64,000 nt of DNA from an uncultured Myxococcales bacterium (GTDB taxonomy: Bacteria; Myxococcota_A; UBA9042; DTJE01): NCBI GenBank assembly GCA_903936705.1, contig CAIZWN010000005.1, positions 123,883 through 187,882 of the forward strand, written 5' to 3'. Below the pieces are notes generated by a model. It was not told where the DNA came from and did not search any database. It worked only from the letters and a program-made list of their open reading frames with translations. Of the stretch, positions 10,529 to 20,228 are shown piece after piece. The position numbers were made by a program, and so were the translations under genes. The first letter of the stretch is position 1. Each line of letters starts with the position of its first letter.

Positions 10529-11707
10529 ATGTGCAGGTCGTCCATCAGGTTCGTGCTGTCATTGCTGGCTGTGGCTGCGGTGTCCGCGTCGGCAAGGGCC
10601 GAGGACGTCCTGAAGCCCGCTGCGGCGCCCATGGCCGAACCGGCCGTTGATTTTGCCCCGACTGCCCTGCCGCCCGCGACGATCCCTGCCGCCTCCGAGG
10701 CAGCGGCGACATCAACGCAGCCTGCCGTGGCGGAACCATCGCCGTCGCCTCAATCCCAGTCTCAAGCTGCGGCCCAGCCTTCGCCAATTCAACCGGCCGT
10801 AGCCGATACCGCGCAACCAACAACTGTGGATGCCGCGCAGCCGGCAGCCTTCGTGCCGGCCATGGACCCACCGGCCGCAGGTGCGGCACCCGTTCCCGCT
10901 GCCGATGCAGTGGAACAGATCGAGACCGTCCTGGAAGTGCAACCATCGGACATGGCGTGGAGCCTGGATTCAATCCCTCAGGCCGAGCGCGCAATAAACA
11001 TTCCCTTTGCCCAGACGACACGCAAGCACGCACTGCTGTTGATCGTTGATCACCGGGCTTTTCAGGCGGCCTTCAACAAGAACACGTGGCACGACTTCTT
11101 CGGCCTCGACTCGGGCGGGGTGCGCGTCGGCCTTGGTTTGCGGTTCGGCATCCTGGACGGGCTGGACGTTGGCATCTATCGCCTCAGCAATGCCTCCGAC
11201 GCCTTCGACACCTACGAAATCGACATGAAGTGGCGATTCCTGCGCGCCGACCGCCATTATCTTGACGTTGCGATTCGCGCCGGCCTGACCTGGTTTTCCC
11301 AGCGCAACGCCGATGACGCGGTGGGCGGCTTCGGCCAGCTGCTGATCAGCCGCATGTTGTTCAAGCGCCTGACCCTGGGCACCGGAGTCTTGTTTCACAG
11401 CGATTCGTCAGGCGAGATGAAGTCGCAACGCGATACGCAGTGGTCGCTGGCTATTCCGGGCGCCGTCGAGATTCGCATTCTGCCGTGGCTTGCCTGGAAC
11501 GTCGAGGCGTCCGTCAAGGTGGCCGGCTATGGAGCCAAGTGGCCGTCGTTCTCGACCGCCGTGAAGTTCCTGACGCCACGTCATGCCTTCTCGCTGATCC
11601 TGACAAACACACAACACGTTGCCGCGGACGGTCTTGTCGCCAACAGCAACCGGGATTACAAAAACCTTATCATCGGGTTCCAGATTCAGCGCGAGTTCCC
11701 GCTGTAA
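10529..11707 (+). CDS. Outer-membrane beta-barrel protein (DUF5777-like) with Pro/Ala-rich N-terminus
   Basis: AAGGAG RBS; signal peptide; HR..FFGLD motif, HAFSLILTN and C-terminal GFQIQREF. Confidence 0.6.
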   Translation: MCRSSIRFVLSLLAVAAVSASARAEDVLKPAAAPMAEPAVDFAPTALPPATIPAASEAAATSTQPAVAEPSPSPQSQSQAAAQPSPIQPAVADTAQPTTVDAAQPAAFVPAMDPPAAGAAPVPAADAVEQIETVLEVQPSDMAWSLDSIPQAERAINIPFAQTTRKHALLLIVDHRAFQAAFNKNTWHDFFGLDSGGVRVGLGLRFGILDGLDVGIYRLSNASDAFDTYEIDMKWRFLRADRHYLDVAIRAGLTWFSQRNADDAVGGFGQLLISRMLFKRLTLGTGVLFHSDSSGEMKSQRDTQWSLAIPGAVEIRILPWLAWNVEASVKVAGYGAKWPSFSTAVKFLTPRHAFSLILTNTQHVAADGLVANSNRDYKNLIIGFQIQREFPL

Positions 11708-11724
11708 CCGTGGGGGGTATTCGA

Positions 11725-12123
11725 ATGTTCAATCGACGCGGTTTCCTGAAGGCGACAATCGGCTTTGTGGCAGCGCTGGTATTGCTGCCGGTCCGAAAGG
11801 CATTCGCGAAGAAACTGGGCATCGGACTGGACAAGGCCGAGGCCCTGCGCACCGTGGGCGGTTCTGTTGTGCTGAAGATCAAGGACAGGCAGATCCTGTT
11901 CGTACGTGACACCGCGACTACCGTGAAGGGCTTTGATCCTGTATGCCCTCACCAGAACTGCATCATCGCGTGGGATACCGTTTCAAGCAGCCTGAAGTGC
12001 CCGTGCCACGCCTCCAACTTTGCGCCTGACGGACGCGTACTTTCGGGCCCCTCCCCGAAACCAGTGAAGACATACGACTGCGTCCTGGACGGCGAACGAA
12101 TCATTCTTAGCATCGACGACTGA
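11725..12123 (+). CDS. Tat-exported Rieske 2Fe-2S protein
   Basis: NRRGFLK twin-arginine signal; CPHQNC and CPCHAS ligands; GPSPKP. Confidence 0.9.
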   Translation: MFNRRGFLKATIGFVAALVLLPVRKAFAKKLGIGLDKAEALRTVGGSVVLKIKDRQILFVRDTATTVKGFDPVCPHQNCIIAWDTVSSSLKCPCHASNFAPDGRVLSGPSPKPVKTYDCVLDGERIILSIDD

Positions 12124-12162
12124 ACGGCCCTTGAACAGTCTTCCCGTGGATAGATTCGCCGG

Positions 12163-12657
12163 CTATGCGGCTGGGTATCCGTAGAAAGCGGCCACCAGCG
12201 GCGCCAGATGGCACATCAGCCCGCAGTACCGTTCAAGAACCATCCCTATCAGCCCCCACATCGGGACCAGCGTCCACAACGAATAGCCGCGCGCACAAAT
12301 CTTCCACCTGGACAGCTCGTAGTAGTCCCACGGATAAAAACCGAGGGTCTTGTCCAGAATCCACCCCCACGCGATCTCGCAAAAGGTGAAGCCCACGGCA
12401 TACGCGCAATAGCGGATTGGCCATGCAAACGGCGCCATCAGGCCTTGGACAGGTTCCAGCAGGAACAGGACACCAAGTCCATGCAACGGGATCATGTAGG
12501 CGCTTACAAAACCTTCCAGGTACTTCTTTGGGACACGGCGCGGGATCTTGCTGCCCACCAAACGCTCGATGCCGTCGATCGCGAAGATGGTCTCCATCAC
12601 CAGGCCAAAACATGTGTAGGCAAAAAACCTGAACAGCAAGGGAACTGCAGTGTCCAC
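12163..12657 (-). CDS. Small membrane protein (TMEM229/putative ABC permease-like)
   Basis: Four TM segments, PWDY motif; start approximate. Confidence 0.55.
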   Translation of the reverse strand: MDTAVPLLFRFFAYTCFGLVMETIFAIDGIERLVGSKIPRRVPKKYLEGFVSAYMIPLHGLGVLFLLEPVQGLMAPFAWPIRYCAYAVGFTFCEIAWGWILDKTLGFYPWDYYELSRWKICARGYSLWTLVPMWGLIGMVLERYCGLMCHLAPLVAAFYGYPAA

Positions 12658-12712
12658 GGCTGGTTCTCCTTCGACGGGACGGCGCTGGGCACGTGGCGCC
12701 TGGCCCAAAACG

Positions 12713-13522
12713 CTAGAGCGTTCGCGCCTGGATGTCGTCCTTCTGGCCCGACACGCGTGGCAGCAGCCAGTCGTAGGCCGCGCAAGGCAGCAAGCCCTCG
12801 AAACGCACCAGCCATTTCATCTGCCACGGGTAAAGGAAGCGCGGTTTCTGCGCCTTCAAGGCGTTCGCGATCAACATCGACGATTCGCGAACACCGATCT
12901 TGAACGGCATGTTGAACTCGTCGTGGTCGGTCATCGGGGTCGCAACAAAGCCCGGATGAACCGCGGTCACCTTGATGCCGTACTTCCGCAAGTCCATTCG
13001 CACGGCCTCCAGGAACACCCCCTGTGCCGACTTGGCAGACGAATAGGACGCGGCATTCGGACGCCCGCGAAAGGCGGCCAAACTGGACACGCCAACCAAA
13101 TGACCCGACCTGCGAGCGATCATCGACGGAATGTAGGGCATCAACGTGTATGCCAGGCCCATGCAATTGATCTCGTAAGTGCGGCGATGGATGTCGAGAT
13201 CAAACTTGTCCGACGGGTTCAAACCGCCCACGCCGGCATTGCCAATGACGATATCGACATGGCCCCACTTTGCCAACACGTCTTCGGCCATGGCCTGCAT
13301 CGCGGCCCGGTCGGTCACATCCACCGGATACACCAGCGCCTCGGTCCCGGCCTGCTGGGCCGCCACCTTGACCTCGTCCAGCAATTCCTTTCGCCTGGCA
13401 GACAGCGCCAGCCTGGCGCCGAAACCGGCGAACACCAGCGCGAGGTCCTTCCCGATGCCCGACGAAGCTCCCGTGATCACGATGTTCTTGCCGCTAAAAA
13501 AGCTTCCAAGCGTTCCCATCAC
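12713..13522 (-). CDS. Short-chain dehydrogenase/reductase
   Basis: TGASSGIG, NAG, YSSAK catalytic motif. Confidence 0.92.
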   Translation of the reverse strand: MMGTLGSFFSGKNIVITGASSGIGKDLALVFAGFGARLALSARRKELLDEVKVAAQQAGTEALVYPVDVTDRAAMQAMAEDVLAKWGHVDIVIGNAGVGGLNPSDKFDLDIHRRTYEINCMGLAYTLMPYIPSMIARRSGHLVGVSSLAAFRGRPNAASYSSAKSAQGVFLEAVRMDLRKYGIKVTAVHPGFVATPMTDHDEFNMPFKIGVRESSMLIANALKAQKPRFLYPWQMKWLVRFEGLLPCAAYDWLLPRVSGQKDDIQARTL

Positions 13523-13662
13523 TTCCCCCTCGATGCGGACGGGCCGGTCCGTCCCGATGTTGATGCTGGAGGATAGGCCAAGCGCCAGTCTGCGCGCAAG
13601 ATGCCGCGGCGCGTCATCTGCCCTCGATTGATCTGTTCGGCACCTGGGCTACACTTGCGGCG

Positions 13663-14646
13663 ATGAAGCTGCTGCACCTAGCATTTTTTGTTGTCGGGCT
13701 GGCCTTTCTGTTCCTGACCATCGCGAATGTCGGCTGCAACACGATCATCGACGGCGCACTTCAGCTTGGCTTGTGGTTCTGGCCAATGGCCGCCATGAAC
13801 ATTTTGTGGTACGCCGCCGACGCACTGGGCTGGGCCGGCGTGCTGGGACGAGACAATCGCTTTGCAGGTCGCACGCTGCGGCTGGTCCAGGCACAGGTCG
13901 CTGGCGAGGCGATAAACAACGCGACACCACTGTTGAACCTGGGCGGCGAGCCGGTCAAGGGCCTGCTGCTGAAGGGTCTGTTGGACCGCAAGACCATCGT
14001 GTCGTCGCTGGTCGTCGACAACACCATCAGGTACATCGCCACGATACTGTTCATCGCGTTCGGGCTGGCCTTGTCGCTGGCGACGCTGGATCTGACATGG
14101 CATGTGCAACTGGCGCTCGTGTGCTTGGTCGTCGCACTGGCAGCACTGATCGGGCTGGCTGTGGTCGCGCAAAAAGGCGGGATTTTCGGTACCGCACTGG
14201 CGATTTGCGGACGCCTGGGCGTTTTCCCGAAGGCGATAGACCGCCATCTTCCTGCCGCACAAGGCATCGACGACGAAATCGCCATTTTCTATAATTCCAG
14301 GCGCCGCGATTTTGCCATTTCCCTGGCCTGGCACCTGGCATCGCGCCTGATCGCGACCGTCGATGCCGCACTGCTGCTGTACCTGCTTGGCTACCCCGTG
14401 GGTGCGTTGCACGCGCTGTTCATACAGACGGTCAGCGTACTGCTGAACCTGGTCTTCAGCTTCATCCCGCTGCAGGTTGGCGCAGCGGAAGGAGGCCACT
14501 ACATCCTGTTCCAGATGCTGGGAATGGATCCTGCGGTGGGCGTTGTGTTCAGCCTTGTTCGGCGCGTGCGGGGGCTGTTGTGGATCGCGGGCGGTCTTCT
14601 GATCGTGCTGATCATGTCCCGACGGAGGCTTGCCGATGCCGCATGA
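13663..14646 (+). CDS. Lysylphosphatidylglycerol synthase TM / flippase-like membrane protein
   Basis: GGEPVK and P.QVGAAEGG motifs; multiple TM segments. Confidence 0.75.
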   Translation: MKLLHLAFFVVGLAFLFLTIANVGCNTIIDGALQLGLWFWPMAAMNILWYAADALGWAGVLGRDNRFAGRTLRLVQAQVAGEAINNATPLLNLGGEPVKGLLLKGLLDRKTIVSSLVVDNTIRYIATILFIAFGLALSLATLDLTWHVQLALVCLVVALAALIGLAVVAQKGGIFGTALAICGRLGVFPKAIDRHLPAAQGIDDEIAIFYNSRRRDFAISLAWHLASRLIATVDAALLLYLLGYPVGALHALFIQTVSVLLNLVFSFIPLQVGAAEGGHYILFQMLGMDPAVGVVFSLVRRVRGLLWIAGGLLIVLIMSRRRLADAA

Positions 14647-16519
14647 CGCGTCGAGAACTGAAGGGGTACGCCGGACCAAGGCCTCCTGGTGGCTGTGGCT
14701 GGCCGCGATCGTCACTTTGGCGGGCGCTGCACAATGGTGGACGCAGTCGCAACTGGGTCCGGTCAACGACGAACTGGCGAACTTTCCGTCAGGAGTCGCG
14801 CTGGTGCACACCGGCCTGCAGGCAGACCCGACCCACCCTCCCCTGGCCCGCTACCTGATGGCCATGCCGCTGCTGGTGGCCGGCGTGGATCCTCGCGCAG
14901 ACCACCCGTCGTTGGGGACCGACTGGCATCCGTACGGGCGCGATTTTCTGTTTCGCAACAACCTGCCATGGAGGACGATCCTCGACCTGGCCCGGTTCCC
15001 GATTCTGCTGCTGTGCATGGGACTGGTCGTCGTCGTGGCCTGGGAAGCGAAAAGGCGCTGGGGTGCTGCGGCCGGACTTGCCGCCGCGGCGACCTTGGCA
15101 TTCGAGCCATCGATCCTAGGACACGGGACGCTGGCCACGACAGACCTGGCTCTGACCTTCGTTGTGTTCCTTTCGGTCTTGGCATTCGACCGGTTCCTGA
15201 GGGCACCATCCGGACCGCGGCTGATGATCGTGGCCGTCACGGTGACGGCAGCCATTTTGACCAAGTTCGCGGGAATTCTGCTGGTGCCGATCCTCGGGGT
15301 TACCGCCATCGCACACCGGCTGACTTCCGAAGGCCGCTTTTGCAGGTCACTGGCAAGCAGCAATCAATCCCAGGTTGGCCAGGTCACAGAGGTCCCGACT
15401 GCCGTTTCATGGCCGCGATGCCGCTGGTGGGCCTTGGCGTTGGCGCTGTCGGCGCTGCTGGCCTGGGCTGCCTATGGATTCGAGGTACGATCCATGTCGC
15501 AGGACCGTCAACTGACGGCCACCCGTGAAGCCGCCGCAATCCGCGACAGCATTGCTCAGATAGCGCCTTCTTTCGGCCTGACCACCGACCAGCTTATGGA
15601 TGTGCCTATCCCGGCATACTCGCTGCTGAAGGGATTTGGCGCCCAGATGTTCCACGCAGCCCGACAGGATGCCTGGGAGGACAGGGACTTCTACCAGTAC
15701 CTGGATGGCAACTACGACCGTAACGGCTTCGCGACCTACTACCTGCGCACGTTCCTGTACAAGTCCACGCTTCCTTCACTGGTCCTGTGGGCCGGGGCGG
15801 CACTGGCTGGTATCTGGTTGATCCTGCGGCGCAAAAAGCCTGGTAACGATGTTCCCGGCTGGCCTGCGCTGGCAATCCCGCCGGTGCTGTGGGTCGCCGC
15901 GTGCTCGATCCAGACGATCAACATAGGACACCGGTACGTGCTGCCGGCAATCCCGTTTCTGTCGCTGGGCGCCGGCTGGCTGGTGGCAAGACTGTGGGAT
16001 GACGCGGCGGCGATGACCAGATCCCCAGGCATTTCGGGCGGCAAGCGTGCACGCATCGCGGCCTCGGCTTCGGCGGCAGTCGCCCTTCTTGCGGCCCACG
16101 CCGGCATCGCCATATCAACAGCGCCGCACCACATCGCGTACTTCAACACGATTGCCGGGGGGATCCAGGAAGGCGGGCTGCACCTTGCAGATTCGAACCT
16201 CGACTGGGGACAGGATCTTCCGGCGCTGGACGCTGATGCCCGACGGCATTGCGCCTCTGGCCGCACCTGCATCGCGGCAGTCTTCGGCACCGCCCGTCCC
16301 GAAGACTATGAAACGCCGGTGACACCCTGGCTCGAACCCATGGACCCATCGACGCTTCAGGGCACATCGACGCTGCCGGGCAAATCGACCTTCTACGTCA
16401 GCGAAAACCGCTTTCTGTTGCGTTCGCTGGCACACCCGGACGGGCTGTTCCCGTTCTTGCGCAACCGCCAGCCGGTGCGTCGCGTCGGGGCATCGATCCG
16501 CGTATACGAGTTTCCGTAG
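14630..16519 (+). CDS. GT39/PMT-like membrane glycosyltransferase
   Basis: DE, HPPL, HGTLATTD, KF, HRY and DSNLDWGQD motifs. Confidence 0.8.
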   Translation: MPMPHDASRTEGVRRTKASWWLWLAAIVTLAGAAQWWTQSQLGPVNDELANFPSGVALVHTGLQADPTHPPLARYLMAMPLLVAGVDPRADHPSLGTDWHPYGRDFLFRNNLPWRTILDLARFPILLLCMGLVVVVAWEAKRRWGAAAGLAAAATLAFEPSILGHGTLATTDLALTFVVFLSVLAFDRFLRAPSGPRLMIVAVTVTAAILTKFAGILLVPILGVTAIAHRLTSEGRFCRSLASSNQSQVGQVTEVPTAVSWPRCRWWALALALSALLAWAAYGFEVRSMSQDRQLTATREAAAIRDSIAQIAPSFGLTTDQLMDVPIPAYSLLKGFGAQMFHAARQDAWEDRDFYQYLDGNYDRNGFATYYLRTFLYKSTLPSLVLWAGAALAGIWLILRRKKPGNDVPGWPALAIPPVLWVAACSIQTINIGHRYVLPAIPFLSLGAGWLVARLWDDAAAMTRSPGISGGKRARIAASASAAVALLAAHAGIAISTAPHHIAYFNTIAGGIQEGGLHLADSNLDWGQDLPALDADARRHCASGRTCIAAVFGTARPEDYETPVTPWLEPMDPSTLQGTSTLPGKSTFYVSENRFLLRSLAHPDGLFPFLRNRQPVRRVGASIRVYEFP

Positions 16520-16550
16520 CCGATTCGAGTACGATTGTGCCGGAGGTCCG

Positions 16551-17963
16551 ATGAGGAAGTTTTCGCGCGTGGTTTTCATGCTGTTCGACGGGGCGCGATG
16601 GGACGTGTTCCAGCGCCTGCTGGACGCAGGGGAACTGCCGCACGTACGCGCCAACCTGGTCCCCGACGGCCGCGTCAGGCGAGCCGTTACCGCGTTTCCC
16701 TCGGTGTCCGGGCCGGCCCACCTACCGTTCATGACGGGTTGCTTCCCCGGCACACTTGGCACCCCTGGCGTCTACTGGTTCGACCGTGGCGTCCAGGACA
16801 AGCACAGCACCGGCCTGGCGGCAACGAGGTCGTACCTGACCCTGTACAAGGTCTCGAACTTCGGTCGTGACGTCACGCCGAATACACCGACCCTGGCGGC
16901 GGCATGGCCCGACGCCCGCTATGTATTTGCCTGGTACACGCGCGGCAGCCCGGACAACGCGCTGCTGACACGCTGGACCAAGGTCACATCGTTCGTCCGC
17001 GGCCTGATGACAAGGGACTGGCTGCGGTGCGACGACGACGCCGAAGCCGCTCAGAATCGGGCAATCGACATGGGCGGATCCTTCGTGTTCAGCGTCTTCC
17101 CCTCACCCGACGAACTTGGCCATCGTTTCGGCCCCACGTCCGTCCAGGCCGAGGCTGCATACCGCAAAATGGACGGCACCATAGAACGTCTGTTCCAGCT
17201 GTTGCAGCAACGCGGCGAGGCTGAAGATACCCTGGTGATTCTGTCGTCCGATCACGGCCTCAGCACGACGAGTTCACATTTTCCGCTGGATCGCATGGTC
17301 GAATCAGCCTTCGGCACAACGCTGACATACAGGCGCTGGCCGAGCCCCCTGGGCGGCTTCCAGGCAGTCGTACTTCCCTCCGGTAACGGCATGGCAAACG
17401 TGTACTTCCGGGGCGACGGCTGGGACAAGGGGCGGCCGGATGCTGCTGGCTTTTCCGGGTTCGCGAGCGACCTGCTGGCAAACCCCGGCATCGACCACGT
17501 AGCCTGGCGCACGACCGACGGCTGGCTGCGCGTAACCGGCCAAGGCGGCGCTGCCCGTATGCGCGAGGTGAAAGGCGGCCTGATGTACATAGTCGAAGGC
17601 AAGGACCCATTCGGGTACAACCCGTTGCCCACGACGATGGACGCCGAAACCACGTTGCACCTGACCGCGAACACTCCCTATCCCGACGCCCCATTCGGGC
17701 TGCTGACTTGGGCACGCAGCCCGCGCTCCGGCGACCTGCTGGTGACGTCGCGCCTGGGCTACGACCTTCGCGACTGGTTCGAATACCAGGATCCCCGGGG
17801 CACGCACGGAGGCCTGCACGCCGAACACTCCCACGTGCCGGTACTGTGCAACGCACCGCTGCTGGAAGGTCCCATGCGCACGGTGGATCTGTACCCAACA
17901 ATGGTCGAACTGACAGGCCGCCTGCTGCCTGCCGGCGTCGAAGGGATCTCCCGGGCGGTTTAG
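16551..17963 (+). CDS. Alkaline phosphatase superfamily / nucleotide pyrophosphatase-phosphodiesterase
   Basis: FDGAR, FPSVSGPAH, DELGH, SDHG, HGG motifs. Confidence 0.85.
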   Translation: MRKFSRVVFMLFDGARWDVFQRLLDAGELPHVRANLVPDGRVRRAVTAFPSVSGPAHLPFMTGCFPGTLGTPGVYWFDRGVQDKHSTGLAATRSYLTLYKVSNFGRDVTPNTPTLAAAWPDARYVFAWYTRGSPDNALLTRWTKVTSFVRGLMTRDWLRCDDDAEAAQNRAIDMGGSFVFSVFPSPDELGHRFGPTSVQAEAAYRKMDGTIERLFQLLQQRGEAEDTLVILSSDHGLSTTSSHFPLDRMVESAFGTTLTYRRWPSPLGGFQAVVLPSGNGMANVYFRGDGWDKGRPDAAGFSGFASDLLANPGIDHVAWRTTDGWLRVTGQGGAARMREVKGGLMYIVEGKDPFGYNPLPTTMDAETTLHLTANTPYPDAPFGLLTWARSPRSGDLLVTSRLGYDLRDWFEYQDPRGTHGGLHAEHSHVPVLCNAPLLEGPMRTVDLYPTMVELTGRLLPAGVEGISRAV

Positions 17964-18008
17964 CCGCGAACCCGCAGCGAAGGACGAGTCGCTTAACATG
18001 GTCACCTC

Positions 18009-18059
18009 CCGGAACGGCTGGCGCGAAGCGGGCGGGTAGTTTTAACGCGCTGGTTGTAC
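18009..18059 (-). mobile_element. Degenerate, shortened attC-like site
   Basis: Minus strand GTACAAC-CAGCGCGTT...CGCGCCAGCC-GTTCCGG; both ends resemble those of the attC at 18843-19014, but the central stem is mostly missing. Confidence 0.5.
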
Positions 18060-18115
18060 TGCCCTAACTTTCATCATGGTATCCAGCGGTTCGAAATTAT
18101 CCATCACCCCGAAGA

Positions 18116-18312
18116 TCAACTTGGCAGAAGGCGTTTCAACTCGGCCACGGTGCGTTCGGCAGTGGCCAGGATCGCAAGAACCTCCTCGCCTGCTGGCAAT
18201 GGAAAAGGGTCACGTCCGGATAACCGTCGAGCAGCATTCGTGCGGCTCCAAGGTCCTGGTCGGCCTTCGCCAGCCAAGCAAGGGCTTCAGAGGTGCGAGC
18301 ATCAAGCGGCAT
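18116..18312 (-). pseudogene. HEPN-domain gene with internal deletion and frameshift
   Basis: N-terminus WLAKADQDL...FHCQQA; a shifted frame gives a HEPN-like last helix EEVLAILATAERTVAELKRLLPS*; the middle is absent. Confidence 0.7.
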
Positions 18313-18613
18313 GCAGTAGCACCCCCTCGCGAACAACGGTCGCGGGTAGCGACGCCCTTGCACCCAGGCGCTTCTGGAATTCCGACTCAGACCATACCAA
18401 GACGTCAACCGCTGCTGGAACGCCCCACAGCGCGTCGCACGCATCCATCTCCCGTCGGTGGGCCGGCGTGGCAGAGTCGGCGACGACCATGAGGACATCG
18501 TAATCCGAGTCCAACGTCGCTTCGCCTCTTGCTCTGGAGCCAAACAGGTAGACCCGTGAAGGGCGGAACCGTGCCACCAGCCTTTCGACGATCTCCTGGA
18601 GAATCGGGTCCAT
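18302..18613 (-). CDS. Minimal nucleotidyltransferase (MNT antitoxin)
   Basis: LFGSRARG..DSDYD motif; overlaps the HEPN start. Confidence 0.88.
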   Translation of the reverse strand: MDPILQEIVERLVARFRPSRVYLFGSRARGEATLDSDYDVLMVVADSATPAHRREMDACDALWGVPAAVDVLVWSESEFQKRLGARASLPATVVREGVLLHAA

Positions 18614-18842
18614 ACCCAAGCCCTCGAATCGGAACAGAATGGTAAGCCTTGCCTCAACTTCAGTCCAGTCGTCGTACGATTCGCGCCACTCGCGGCTGAT
18701 TCCCCAGCCGAGAGCTCCGCTGCGCAACTGGGAAAGACCGACTAATGGTCGCCAGGTCGTGCAGTACGACTTCACGGTGTACGAATTCACGGCATCCATT
18801 GGGCCTCGCTGACACCGTCCCACGCGATCGCTGTTCTTGTCT

Positions 18843-19014
18843 GTCCAACGGCGTTGCGCGTCAGCGGCAACCCCCGGTGCAGCCGCAGGCGGCATCCGGC
18901 GCGGTCCCTGCGGCCCCGCCCGAGGAAGCCATTCGAATCACCCCGGAGGTTGCGGCGGGGCCAAAGCAGGGACCGTGACGGAAGGGGTTTGTCCGTTGAA
19001 CGCGCTTGTTGTCC
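18843..19014 (-). mobile_element. Integron attC site
   Basis: Minus strand R'' GGACAAC, arm GCGCGTTCAACGGACAA pairing with TTGCCGCTGACGCGC with extra bases on the R'' arm; inner stems 18902-18920/18954-18975; R' GTTGGAC fits GTTRRRY; 25 bp after the stop of the upstream gene. Confidence 0.75.
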
Positions 19015-19039
19015 AGTCCGTCCGATACTGCGGTTCTTC

Positions 19040-19963
19040 CTAGTCGTAGCAGGGGATGGAGGCGGTACAGACCACGTCGCTCGCCTCCAAAGACACTACG
19101 CCCTCCCGGGTCACGCGGTACGTAACCTGGACCAGGGCCTCGGAGGTGCATCCATTCTCGTCGGGCACCTTGTAAGTACGAACGATGAAGTCCGGCCCCT
19201 CCGTTTCTGCCCAGGAACCCTCCAGGTTGTTGACCGAACATCGGGTCTCGTGACTGATCCCCGAGTTCTCGACCATGGTTCCGGCGATGAAGAAGTCCTG
19301 ACGCGAGTACAGATGCCGAACCGAGCGACCGACCAGTTCCACAAACGCCATTGCCTTCGCCGGCGTCGTCACCGGCGCAAACCGCTGCGCGAGTTCGGCG
19401 GGCGACTCGATGGACACGATGGTCCCATCCGCATCCTTCAGCAGGACGTAGTCGCACGAGACGCCGCTGAAGCCCCAGTAATGCTGGTCCAGACCACCCA
19501 CACACCCGCAGATGGAAGCGTTCTCCGGGTCTTGCGGGCAACTGATGCAATTCAGGGCATCCACCCGGCCGTCAAGCCAGCTGCCCAGCGGGCCGAGCGA
19601 CGACACCGACTTGCACAGATACCCGCTCTCCAGGTCAGGGCATTCAAGTTTAGCTGGCGGGAACGACGTCGCAGAATCGCACGTCCCATCCCACCAGGCA
19701 TCCAGGTCTGGCGCCTCGGAAGCGGGAACGGTGGACTCCAGAAACGACACGCAGGCAATGGGAATTGGAGTATCGGGCGTGGCCGCCACTTGGCAGGCGT
19801 CGAGTTCTTCCACGGCGTCACCGGCGTCGGCCGTATCGGCAGACCGGGAATCGACCGCATCGACGGCATCCGACGTCACGCAGCCCAAAGTGCCGGGCCC
19901 AAGGCCAAGCCAGGACACCGCGGCGAGGCTGGCCAGCACATATCTCACGATTGATCCCCCCAT
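19040..19963 (-). CDS. Cys-rich putative lipoprotein (integron cassette gene)
   Basis: Hydrophobic leader ending TLGC, Asp-rich linker, many Cys; lies between the attI-like site and attC; start approximate. Confidence 0.65.
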   Translation of the reverse strand: MGGSIVRYVLASLAAVSWLGLGPGTLGCVTSDAVDAVDSRSADTADAGDAVEELDACQVAATPDTPIPIACVSFLESTVPASEAPDLDAWWDGTCDSATSFPPAKLECPDLESGYLCKSVSSLGPLGSWLDGRVDALNCISCPQDPENASICGCVGGLDQHYWGFSGVSCDYVLLKDADGTIVSIESPAELAQRFAPVTTPAKAMAFVELVGRSVRHLYSRQDFFIAGTMVENSGISHETRCSVNNLEGSWAETEGPDFIVRTYKVPDENGCTSEALVQVTYRVTREGVVSLEASDVVCTASIPCYD

Positions 19964-20098
19964 GACACTTTCATCAGGCAGTCTGCGGAATCGGATGCCG
20001 CGTTGCAATACCAGACTCGGCAGGAAGTGGCGCCTTCCTTTTCATCACGGAGTACCGCCCTGCGGCAGCGCTGCCGGAACAAGCGCGTTTCCTCCTGT

Positions 20099-20119
20099 CT
20101 GGACAACCACCGTTTATAC
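20099..20119 (-). mobile_element. attI-like site / 5' boundary of first cassette
   Basis: Minus strand GTATAAA-CGGTG-GTTGTCCAG; the 9-nt core is the exact complement of the cassette R'' CTGGACAAC (19008-19016). Confidence 0.55.
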
Positions 20120-20228
20120 CGACAGCCCTCCCGACCGGCCATTGATCGTGGTGCTTCCCCTGCCCTGCCGCCTGTTCTATCCTTCGCAGCAAGTCCGCCC
20201 CATGACGGGGTGACGGGAGGAACCAACA

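Noticed and set aside
18614-18895. N-terminal extension of the MNT ORF
   Set aside because: Runs through the attC site; MNT homology begins at MDPILQ (18613)
20074-20090. Plus-strand CCGGAACAAGCGCGTT resembling an attC left end
   Set aside because: No partner arm found; at most a half-site remnant
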